From contig DATHWI010000117.1 in the NCBI GenBank assembly GCA_035460805.1, forward strand, positions 1 through 49,963: a DNA stretch of 49,963 nt, in the 5' to 3' direction. Below, in pieces: positions 43,113-49,963 of the stretch. The position numbers and the translations under genes are program-made. The stretch comes from Verrucomicrobiia bacterium. GTDB taxonomy: Bacteria > Patescibacteriota > UBA1384 > CAILIB01. Every line of letters starts with the position of its first letter. Within the stretch, counting starts at the first letter, position 1. The notes under the pieces are model-generated. The model saw only the letters and a list, made by a program, of their open reading frames with translations. It did not search any database and had not been told where the DNA came from.

Positions 43113-43128
43113 ATAGGTTTAGTATACG

Positions 43129-44139
43129 CTACTCACCCGCAATGCTCGATACTGTGCGCCTAGGGGATTGGTGGGTAAACGAGGGATCCTGAGGAAAACC
43201 TATCCTAAAAGTGAGTTGCGGCCGGCCTTCCGTTGCAAGAAGGCGCTTCATACGGGGGACAAACGGCGGGATCTCGGTAGGGGCAGCCGCAATGCAATGG
43301 GCAAGGCCCAGGCTGGCCGCCAGGTTGAGGAAACGCTGGACGGTGCGCCCAACTGCCAACCAGGACGGCATGTCGTCCTGAGGTGTACTGACTACCACGA
43401 TGAGGGGCGTAGAGCGGAACTTCTCGTAGGCAAAGCGGGCCTCACCGGGGATGTCTATGCCGTTAAGGATGAACTGCTCTCCTGTTTCGCTTGGGACGGG
43501 GTTCTTCACCATGGCCTTCACGAGCATGCCAACGGTACTATCTTCCTTTTCCCACTTCACAAACCTGGCCAGCTCGCGCCGGAGGCCTGGCATGGTGACG
43601 GCGGTGCGGAGGCCACGGCCTGCCATCTCCGCAATTTGTTCCTTGTCTTCAACAGAATCGATGAAATGAAGGGTTACATTCTCTTCCCGAGGCATATCGC
43701 CAAGGGTTTTGAGTGTAGTTTCTGCCAGCGGTTCCGGCTGGTAGAGGCCGCGGTTGGTGTGCCGTTTTGTCATGCCGGTAAAGGCGGGGTTGTCACTTTT
43801 TGCGCCAGCCCATGTCACGGTAAGTGGAATTTCCAATTGGCTTAGTGGGACGGAGAGGGGAATTTTGCCCATGTGCACAGCAAAACCAAAGTGCTCGGCG
43901 GCGCAGGCGAAGTTTTCCACGAAAGCACCCAGTGATACTGTGGTGAGTCGAGGTATTCCAGCGGTAGCTAGTTCCAGGTTTGGACGTACAATTATGCCAT
44001 CTTCCAAAATGGCCACATCCCATGGCTGGTTGTTGTGTGCGGAGGGCGCAAGGGCGGCAAATTGCAGCCAAAAACTGAGCTTTTCACGCAGTGTCCATCC
44101 CTCATTGTACGCATCTACGTCAAAATCCCAGGCGCTCAT
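43129..44139 (-). CDS. Acg-type double-length nitroreductase-fold protein
   Basis: LAPSAHNNQPW near the N-terminus, 336 aa, nitroreductase-like pattern through to the C-terminus. 16-nt gap to the kinase gene. Confidence 0.8.
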   Translation of the reverse strand: MSAWDFDVDAYNEGWTLREKLSFWLQFAALAPSAHNNQPWDVAILEDGIIVRPNLELATAGIPRLTTVSLGAFVENFACAAEHFGFAVHMGKIPLSVPLSQLEIPLTVTWAGAKSDNPAFTGMTKRHTNRGLYQPEPLAETTLKTLGDMPREENVTLHFIDSVEDKEQIAEMAGRGLRTAVTMPGLRRELARFVKWEKEDSTVGMLVKAMVKNPVPSETGEQFILNGIDIPGEARFAYEKFRSTPLIVVVSTPQDDMPSWLAVGRTVQRFLNLAASLGLAHCIAAAPTEIPPFVPRMKRLLATEGRPQLTFRIGFPQDPSFTHQSPRRTVSSIAGE

Positions 44140-45308
44140 AGGGGATCCTCCAGGCGGTTAAAGATGAGGTCAAAGCCAAGGTCAAATTCGTCAGTCAAAC
44201 GCTGCCGTTCAGCCGTTGCCTTGGAGGAATTGAAGCTTGGGTCAATGTCGCGGTCAAAGTGTACCGTGTAACGGCCGGATGGCATCTCTTCGCCGGTCAG
44301 AATGCGCCGTGCGGTATAGCTGGTGGCTGCCCCGGAGAGAATGGCGGCGTTGCCTAGCTGGGGCCACGAGGGCAGCGTTTGGCCTACCTGCATGAGGGAG
44401 TACTGGGTGCGAGGGGTGATATCTGAACCAACAATGGCGCTGGCCAGTTTTACCTTTTCAGAGTTAGGCATGGTGGCGCTTGCCCGGCTAAGGAGTTCCT
44501 CGTCTGCACGCCCGTGGAAGAGAGGCCGGTCTGGCTCCAGGTCAAAGCGCTCCACATCGATAATAGTGTTGTCCCCGTTGTCTGTGGCCATGATTACAGG
44601 CACGCCCAGCTCCCGTGCTTTGCGACGGGTAAGCACCTTGAGAAGGATGTCATCCACCTCTTCAATGAAAAGATCTAGTTTGCCACCTTCAACAAAGAAA
44701 GCATCCAGCTTTTCTTCGGTGACACCATCCCAGAAGGGCACCAGCTCTGCGTAGGGGTTAATCTCATAGACCCGCCGCATGGCGGCAGTCAGCTTGGGAA
44801 CCGTCAGGTCACACACAGAACCAAAGAGGCGGTTCAGGTTGGTGATGGACAGGGTGTCGTGATCGGCCAGGCGAAGGTGCTTGCCGCCTCCGGAAAGGAC
44901 GAGGGCATTCAGGACGGACGAGCCCACGCTCATGCCTGCAATGCCAATCTTTGCGCCGTAGAAAGCCCGTTGCTCCTCTTCTGTGATGAGGAACTTGTTG
45001 CGTGCAGTACGGAGCTCGTGGAAGGTTTCTTCATCTGGCAGGTGAACCAGGGTGTTCTTCCAGGGAAAGTAGGCCCATTGGGATTTTTCTTCCACCTGAG
45101 GGGCGCCCCAGGCATCCGTATCCCAAGCGGCGCGGGTTGCCTTGGCTTCGGAAGAGCCAGGCATGAGGTGGGGGAAGCGGATCTTAAAGAGGTCATCCAG
45201 CGCTTCAGGCATGGCCTCAATGACCAGCGGCGCATGTTCCTCCTTGAGGGCAGCTAGCGCCGGGTCATCCACACGGTAGAATTGTGGCGTTACTGCTTGC
45301 TGGTCCAT
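44136..45308 (-). CDS. ThiF/MoeB/E1-like adenylyltransferase-fold protein with N-terminal extension (Rv1355c N-half-like)
   Basis: IGIAGMSVGSSVLNALVLSGGGKHLRLADHDTLSITNLNR (nucleotide-binding loop plus DxD..NLNR). ATGA overlap with the nitroreductase gene. Confidence 0.8.
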   Translation of the reverse strand: MDQQAVTPQFYRVDDPALAALKEEHAPLVIEAMPEALDDLFKIRFPHLMPGSSEAKATRAAWDTDAWGAPQVEEKSQWAYFPWKNTLVHLPDEETFHELRTARNKFLITEEEQRAFYGAKIGIAGMSVGSSVLNALVLSGGGKHLRLADHDTLSITNLNRLFGSVCDLTVPKLTAAMRRVYEINPYAELVPFWDGVTEEKLDAFFVEGGKLDLFIEEVDDILLKVLTRRKARELGVPVIMATDNGDNTIIDVERFDLEPDRPLFHGRADEELLSRASATMPNSEKVKLASAIVGSDITPRTQYSLMQVGQTLPSWPQLGNAAILSGAATSYTARRILTGEEMPSGRYTVHFDRDIDPSFNSSKATAERQRLTDEFDLGFDLIFNRLEDPL

Positions 45309-46720
45309 CGGTGTTTGATCTTTATCTCAAATTCCGGGGCGCCATAAGCCAAGAGGTGGATGCGTGGCCGGGCCTTGGCTCCCATTTCGCTGTAGAGCTT
45401 GTTGTACTCGCTGTTGTACTTACGCAGGCTGCCCATGACGGCTTCTTGTATCTCAAACGCCAGTGACTCGCTCTGTTTCTTGTCGCGCCGGAGCTCCACA
45501 TAGAGGTGGAGGGTCTGGTTCTGCTTGCGGTCGTACTCGCTGCGCAAGACAAATTTTCCGGTAATACGTTCCTGGAGCTCGTGACTCTCTAGTCCATATT
45601 TAATGTTCTCCGGAAAGATATCGAGGGCGTAAAAGGTGGTGGAAACATCGGAGCGGCCGTAGAGTGCCAGGTATTGGTCATAGCCGTGTGCCTGGATAAG
45701 GTCTGCGGGTATTTCTATGTCAGATTCAGCCAGGGCAGCCGTCAGCTCCTCTCCTGTAATAAGGCGGCCTTCGTCGTTGATCTTGTACCTAATGAGCGGC
45801 ATGGCGTTGTCCGCAGTAAAGAGAAGGTAGTTCTTGTTGGTCTCAAAGTAGCGCATGTCCGGTCGGTAGCCCACCAGCGTTGGAAGGAGGGTTGCCTGAG
45901 GGAAGAGGCTTTTCATGAGGGCCTCATTTTCTACGATTTTCCGGCGGGCAAAGATGGAGAACGGATTCTCAAATCCCATGATCCCGGCATCGGCCGTACC
46001 GTAAATGCCTACCGAGGCGGTGATGTCGTTCTGCTTGCCAATCTTCTTCAAGACATAATCCCGCCACATTTCCGAGTAGTTCTCGCCGGCAAAGAGGAGG
46101 GAGACATTGAGGGTAGTGAGGGGTGCGCCTGCCTCTTCCGCATCGTCCAGCACGTCTTTGACAAAGGGAGGGTACCCAGCAATGACGGTACGCTCAAAGT
46201 GAGGAGCCAGGTTCTTGAGGATGTGGATGATCTCACCCTTGTTGATGCCAGGGGTGACCAGGGAGATGTGGTGGTCTTCTTCGGCCAGCTTAAGAATTCC
46301 GGTGAACATGTAGGTGCCGGCAATCCAGGTGCCCATGGCGTACGCAATAATGACCAGTGTTTTCTCTTCGTGGGACTTATAGCTTGTCCGGAAGAGGGTG
46401 TTGTTGAGTTCAACGGATTGGCGGGTGGCAATGTCGTTCCTAAACCAGAAAGAGGGCGTGCCGCTGGAGCCGGAACTCATGGAGACCACATGGCCCGTGG
46501 TAACATCGCCATCTTTTAGGAGATCAGGAAGGGGGTACGCTTTGAGGTAGTTCTCCTTGGTGACAGGGGGGACAACCGAAAAGTCCTCGGGAGTGGTCAC
46601 CTTTTCCGGGTCAATGCTGTTCTTTACCAAAAAGTCACGGTACGCAGGTACCCTGGTAGCTGCTTCTTGAAATGTAGCCAGTGCCTCAGCAAAACCAGCA
46701 GGATGCGGATTCGTTTTCAT
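45290..46720 (-). CDS. PaaK/CapK/F390-synthetase-like adenylate-forming (ANL) enzyme
   Basis: VSMSSGSSGTPSFW (P-loop-like AMP motif), YGTADAG, PLIRYKINDEG. Start uncertain: ATG 46720, 46753 or 46804. 19-nt overlap with the ThiF-like gene. Confidence 0.8.
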   Translation of the reverse strand: MKTNPHPAGFAEALATFQEAATRVPAYRDFLVKNSIDPEKVTTPEDFSVVPPVTKENYLKAYPLPDLLKDGDVTTGHVVSMSSGSSGTPSFWFRNDIATRQSVELNNTLFRTSYKSHEEKTLVIIAYAMGTWIAGTYMFTGILKLAEEDHHISLVTPGINKGEIIHILKNLAPHFERTVIAGYPPFVKDVLDDAEEAGAPLTTLNVSLLFAGENYSEMWRDYVLKKIGKQNDITASVGIYGTADAGIMGFENPFSIFARRKIVENEALMKSLFPQATLLPTLVGYRPDMRYFETNKNYLLFTADNAMPLIRYKINDEGRLITGEELTAALAESDIEIPADLIQAHGYDQYLALYGRSDVSTTFYALDIFPENIKYGLESHELQERITGKFVLRSEYDRKQNQTLHLYVELRRDKKQSESLAFEIQEAVMGSLRKYNSEYNKLYSEMGAKARPRIHLLAYGAPEFEIKIKHRWTSKQ

Positions 46721-46813
46721 GAGTACTTTAAGCGTACGGGATAAAGGGGTCATAGGGCAATTGTCATCCACTTTCTTTTGTCTGCGGGTACCTTCTGCTA
46801 GCATGAGAGAACT

Positions 46814-47785
46814 ATGTCCCGAATCGTTACTGGTATCCAATCTACGGGGAACATTCACCTCGGAAACTACATTGGCGCAATGCGCCCTTTTGTGGAGCTG
46901 CAGAATTCCCACGAATGCTTTGTCTTCGTGGCCGATTTGCATGCGTTGAACGGTGTCCATGATCCCAAGGTGCTGCAAGAAAATGTCATGGTTATTGCCA
47001 AGGCCTACCTGGCCGTAGGCCTAGACCCTGAGAAGGTGACTATCTTCCGCCAATCAGCAGTTCAGGAGCATGCGGAGCTGGCAGTGATACTGGCGCCTTT
47101 CACTAGTCATGGTCTTTTGGAGCGTGCGCATGCCTACAAGGATGCGGTGGCCAAGGGGAAACCGGTGAATGCCGGCCTCTTCTACTACCCTGTGCTTATG
47201 GCTGCCGATATTTTGCTCTACAAACCTGAACTTGTTCCCGTTGGGGCAGATCAACAGCAGCACTTGGAAATGACGCGTGAGATAGCGGAGCGGTTCAACC
47301 ATGTGTATGGCGAGACCTTCCCGCTTCCCAAGGCGCACCTTATGGGCAGCGAAGAGCACATCCTCAAGGGGTTGGATGGCCGCAAAATGTCCAAGAGCTA
47401 CGATAATGTGATTGGTATTTTTGATGCACCAGACATTATCCGCCAGAAAGTGGCCCGTATTGTGACAGACTCCAAGCGGCCAGAGGAACCAAAGGACCCT
47501 GCCACAGATACGCTCTTCTCCATCTACCGGCATGTGGCCAGCCCTGAGGCAGTGGCAGAGCTCTACGAGCGGTACACACAGGGCGGAATAGGGTATAAAG
47601 AGGCAAAGGACCTGCTGGCGGAGGCTGTCATTGCCTATGTGGCACCCATGCAGGCCAAGAAAGCCGAGCTGGACCAGGATGAAGACGGGGTACGGGCAAT
47701 TTTGGAGAATGGCGCAATGAGGGCACGCGCAGTGGCTGAACAAACCGTGAGGGAAGTAAAGGAGAAAATCGGTCTCCTACCGTAA
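46814..47785 (+). CDS. trpS: Tryptophan-tRNA ligase
   Basis: TGIQSTGNIHLGNYIGA (HIGH region), KMSKS present as RKMSKSY, 323 aa. Confidence 0.9.
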   Translation: MSRIVTGIQSTGNIHLGNYIGAMRPFVELQNSHECFVFVADLHALNGVHDPKVLQENVMVIAKAYLAVGLDPEKVTIFRQSAVQEHAELAVILAPFTSHGLLERAHAYKDAVAKGKPVNAGLFYYPVLMAADILLYKPELVPVGADQQQHLEMTREIAERFNHVYGETFPLPKAHLMGSEEHILKGLDGRKMSKSYDNVIGIFDAPDIIRQKVARIVTDSKRPEEPKDPATDTLFSIYRHVASPEAVAELYERYTQGGIGYKEAKDLLAEAVIAYVAPMQAKKAELDQDEDGVRAILENGAMRARAVAEQTVREVKEKIGLLP

Positions 47786-47794
47786 CGTTTACGT

Positions 47795-49189
47795 ATGTCA
47801 ACAGAACCGCGCCGCCGCTTCGAAAAGAAGGAAGAGGTACCGCGTGGGCCAATAATTGGCCGCATGCCGCCTCAAAACCTGGACGCCGAGATCTCCACAC
47901 TTGGCGCCCTCCTTCTCGATACAGAAGCCATCATGAAGGTGGTGGATTTGTTGACCCCGGAAGATTTTTACCGCCCAGATCACGGCCAGATTTATGCCGC
48001 CATGCAGTCTTTGTTTGAGAAGCGGACCCCTATGGACCTGGTTACTGTGGCCGGAGAACTGGAGCGTAACAAGAAGCTGGATGAAGTAGGGGGCATGGCC
48101 AAGCTTTCGAGCCTAGTTAGCTCGGTGGCAACTGCTGCCAACATTGTCCACTACGCTACCATTGTCCGGGAAAAAGCGTTGTTGCGCCGCCTCATTGGCG
48201 CTGCCGGCACTATTGGTGAACTTGGTTTCCAGGAAGAGCTGGAAGTGGACGCCCTGCTTGATACCGCAGAGCGCACGCTCTTTGGTATTACGCAGCGTTT
48301 CCTGAAACAGAACTTTATCTCCGTACGGTCTATCTTGGATGATTCCTTTGAGCGTCTCGGCATGCTTGCCAAGCAGGACGGTGCCTTGCGGGGTATTCCT
48401 ACGGGTTTTCGACAGCTGGACCGGCTCCTTGGCGGCTTGCAGCGTTCGGATTTGCTTATCATTGCCGCCCGCCCGTCCATGGGTAAAACGGCTTTTGTAA
48501 TGAACATTGCAGAGCACGTAGCGGTGCAGGAGAAGAAAACCGTGGGCATTTTCTCCCTGGAAATGAGCAAGGAGCAGCTGGTGGACCGCCTTATTTCTTC
48601 CATGGGAAGAGTGGACTCTTGGAAACTGCGCAATGGCCAGCTTTCGGAGGACGACATGTCCAGCCTTATCCAAGCCCAGGCCCAACTGGCAGAAGCCAAC
48701 CTCTTTATTGACGATGCCCCGATGGCTTCTGTTATGGAGGTGCGCGCCAAAGCCCGTCGGCTGCAGTCTGAGCATGGCCTAGACCTGATCTGTATCGACT
48801 ACTTGCAGCTCATGGTGGGTAGTGCCAAGAACCAGGACAACCGCGTACAGGAGGTATCCGAGATCTCCCGCTCCCTTAAGGCCTTGGCTAAGGAGCTGAA
48901 CTGCCCCGTCATTGCGTTGTCGCAGCTTTCCCGTGCCGTGGAGGCTAGGAATGACAAGCGCCCGATGCTTTCGGACCTGCGTGAGTCAGGATCCATTGAG
49001 CAGGATGCTGACGTGGTCATGTTCTTGTACCGTGAGGACTACTATAACAAGAACCGCGAAGAGCACTCCAACTTGCTGGAAGTGATCATTTCTAAACACC
49101 GCAACGGCCCCACGGGGGATGCCAAGCTTTCTGCGCAGCTGCAGCACAGTCGTTTTTACGACATAGACCTACGTTCTGATTCTCATTAG
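47795..49189 (+). CDS. dnaB: Replicative DNA helicase DnaB
   Basis: PPQNLDAEISTLGALLLD N-terminus, Walker A ARPSMGKTAF, IDYLQLM, ALSQLSR, DADVVMFLYR. No intein-sized insertion. Confidence 0.9.
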   Translation: MSTEPRRRFEKKEEVPRGPIIGRMPPQNLDAEISTLGALLLDTEAIMKVVDLLTPEDFYRPDHGQIYAAMQSLFEKRTPMDLVTVAGELERNKKLDEVGGMAKLSSLVSSVATAANIVHYATIVREKALLRRLIGAAGTIGELGFQEELEVDALLDTAERTLFGITQRFLKQNFISVRSILDDSFERLGMLAKQDGALRGIPTGFRQLDRLLGGLQRSDLLIIAARPSMGKTAFVMNIAEHVAVQEKKTVGIFSLEMSKEQLVDRLISSMGRVDSWKLRNGQLSEDDMSSLIQAQAQLAEANLFIDDAPMASVMEVRAKARRLQSEHGLDLICIDYLQLMVGSAKNQDNRVQEVSEISRSLKALAKELNCPVIALSQLSRAVEARNDKRPMLSDLRESGSIEQDADVVMFLYREDYYNKNREEHSNLLEVIISKHRNGPTGDAKLSAQLQHSRFYDIDLRSDSH

Positions 49190-49367
49190 TGGGTCTATGG
49201 CGATCGGCGAACATTGACCTCTATAGACTGTGAGCCGATATGATATTGACATCAGACACGATTCTTAAAAAAAGTATTGTGCTTCCGTAGCTTACATTCG
49301 TTAAAAAATTGTGTGTAAGTTAAGACGAAATATATACATTGATGGTCGATGTAAGTAGGGAACTTTT

Positions 49368-49392
49368 GCTAGGCCTTGAACCTAGCATTTTT
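49368..49392 (+). terminator. Terminator-like hairpin inside the AT-rich tail
   Basis: GCTAGG (49368-49373) pairs with CCTAGC (49381-49386), 7-nt loop, then ATTTTT. Confidence 0.4.
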
Positions 49393-49497
49393 CATTGCCA
49401 ACCGAGTGACAAAAAAGTGCCGAAAAGATTCCTAGCGAAATAATGGCTTCCTAAGCCATTTAACGCATACTACAGGTTAACAACCCACTCTAGCTCA

Positions 49498-49526
49498 TTG
49501 ACCGGGGAGCATTGGAGGATTATAAT
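49498..49526 (+). promoter_or_regulatory. Near-consensus sigma70 promoter
   Basis: TTGACC at 49498-49503, exactly 17 nt, then TATAAT at 49521-49526. Confidence 0.6.
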
Positions 49527-49532
49527 TAGTGC

Positions 49533-49768
49533 GTTGAGGATCAGTTTACCAATGTTGGTCCCAACAAGTGCCTGGCGGAAAAATAATACAAATACCTTAA
49601 TAATTTTTGTACCTTTTCTCCTCGTACTGGCTGGAGTGATACTACTAGCCTGAGTAAGACACAAGTTTTGTTTGGGTGCCAAGCAAGACACTTCAGTTTA
49701 CAAAAACGATTCGCATCACAGGGTTTAACCATCAAGTGCCCACAGTGATCAATGCGAATCGTTTTTTT
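49533..49768 (+). ncRNA. Candidate ~235-nt non-coding transcript (or long attenuated leader), family not recognised
   Basis: Runs from the near-consensus promoter to a long hairpin terminator. The longest plus-strand ORF I see inside is ~10 codons (ATG 49551). AT-rich. Confidence 0.35.
49702..49768. terminator. Long-stem bidirectional terminator
   Basis: AACGATTCGCAT (49705-49716) pairs with ATGCGAATCGTT (49752-49763). T7 follows on the plus strand and T5 on the minus strand. Inner ATCAC/GTGAT pairing extends the stem. Confidence 0.7.
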
Positions 49769-49787
49769 GTGTTTAAAATTTAAAGGG

Positions 49788-49816
49788 TTGACAGGTTGAC
49801 ATCCCTCATGTATGAT
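49788..49816 (+). promoter_or_regulatory. Near-consensus sigma70 promoter of the last (truncated) gene
   Basis: TTGACA at 49788-49793, exactly 17 nt, then TATGAT at 49811-49816. Confidence 0.55.
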
Positions 49817-49919
49817 TCAGATTCGTTTCGGGGTGAGCAATATGAGGTGTCATGGAAGCCTTTTGGTTATCTGGGCACTAGCCCATGAGCCTGACCTTCT
49901 CAAAGAGGAGGTGAGGAAG

Positions 49920-49963
49920 ATGACGGAAGAACATATAGGAAATTGCCTTACTTGTAAGGCACT
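49920..49963 (+). CDS. 5' end of an unidentified gene running out of the window
   Basis: GAGGAGG at 49905-49911, then ATG at 49920. Reads MTEEHIGNCLTCKA and stays open to the window end. Too short to identify. Confidence 0.4.
   Translation, partial: MTEEHIGNCLTCKA

Noticed and set aside
49470-49691. 73-aa and 64-aa minus-strand ORFs in the AT-rich tail
   Set aside because: They have no SD or promoter in a sensible position. Their composition is low-complexity, they lie antisense to a unit with a near-consensus promoter, and they run into the terminator stem.
49533-49768. T-box riboswitch interpretation of the ORF-less unit
   Set aside because: The size and terminal terminator fit, and GGGTGCCAAGC at ~49675 faintly resembles the T-box GGGTGGTACCGCG. 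The match is only about half the positions. I find no clear specifier-loop or GA-motif arrangement, and an independent promoter separates it from the next gene.
49190-49819. Replication origin next to dnaB
   Set aside because: The region is AT-rich, but I find no TTATCCACA/TGTGGATAA-type DnaA boxes. dnaA and dnaN are not adjacent.
1-49963. CRISPR arrays, transposases, integrases, prophage genes, tRNA/rRNA genes, recoded stop codons
   Set aside because: I saw no regularly spaced direct repeats, no DDE/tyrosine-recombinase-like ORFs and no tRNA-like T-arm strings in the intergenic regions. TGA, TAA and TAG all terminate well-supported genes.

Overview
Gene-dense bacterial chromosomal window with about 57 protein-coding genes. 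I recognise no rRNA, tRNA, CRISPR array, transposase or integrase. TGA is used as a stop (3575-3577, 39493-39495), so the standard bacterial code applies.

Blocks in order:
(1) c-di-GMP turnover pair: EAL fragment and a GGDEF protein.
(2) M23 peptidase, divergent from an ECF sigma / putative anti-sigma pair.
(3) msrB-msrA, then a ClpC-type AAA+ unfoldase with an extra N-terminal Cys-rich segment.
(4) pgl, alr, murI, pilT.
(5) A dTMP island: divergent thyA, a DHFR-HIT fusion, a dCMP deaminase with an unknown N-domain, and an RfaE-II-like nucleotidyltransferase.
(6) A large alpha-glucan island with eukaryote-type enzymes: GH15 PhK-like, GlgP, amylo-1,6-glucosidase, GT3 glycogen synthase, GH57, GT4/5.
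(7) mscL and neighbours.
(8) CofE-like ligase, dnaX and ferredoxin in one operon.
(9) A secretin-less type IV pilus operon, pilB-C-M-N-O plus one ORF, in which PilB carries an HU-fold N-terminal domain.
(10) A minus-strand run: PaaK/ANL-like ligase, ThiF/E1-like protein, Acg-type nitroreductase, 7TM-GAF histidine kinase, orphan CheY.
(11) trpS-dnaB.
(12) A 770-bp AT-rich non-coding tail with two near-consensus sigma70 promoters, several hairpins and a roughly 235-nt ORF-less transcription unit.

Most worth following up: the ANL + E1-like + nitroreductase module tied to a two-component system, the HU-PilB fusion, the DHFR-HIT / modified dTMP island, and the two orphan promoter-to-terminator units (21892-22199 and 49498-49768).

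Lineage is inference only. The organism looks monoderm-type and small-genome, possibly Patescibacteria-, Chloroflexi- or Actinobacteria-like. All family calls come from motifs read by eye, not from searches.
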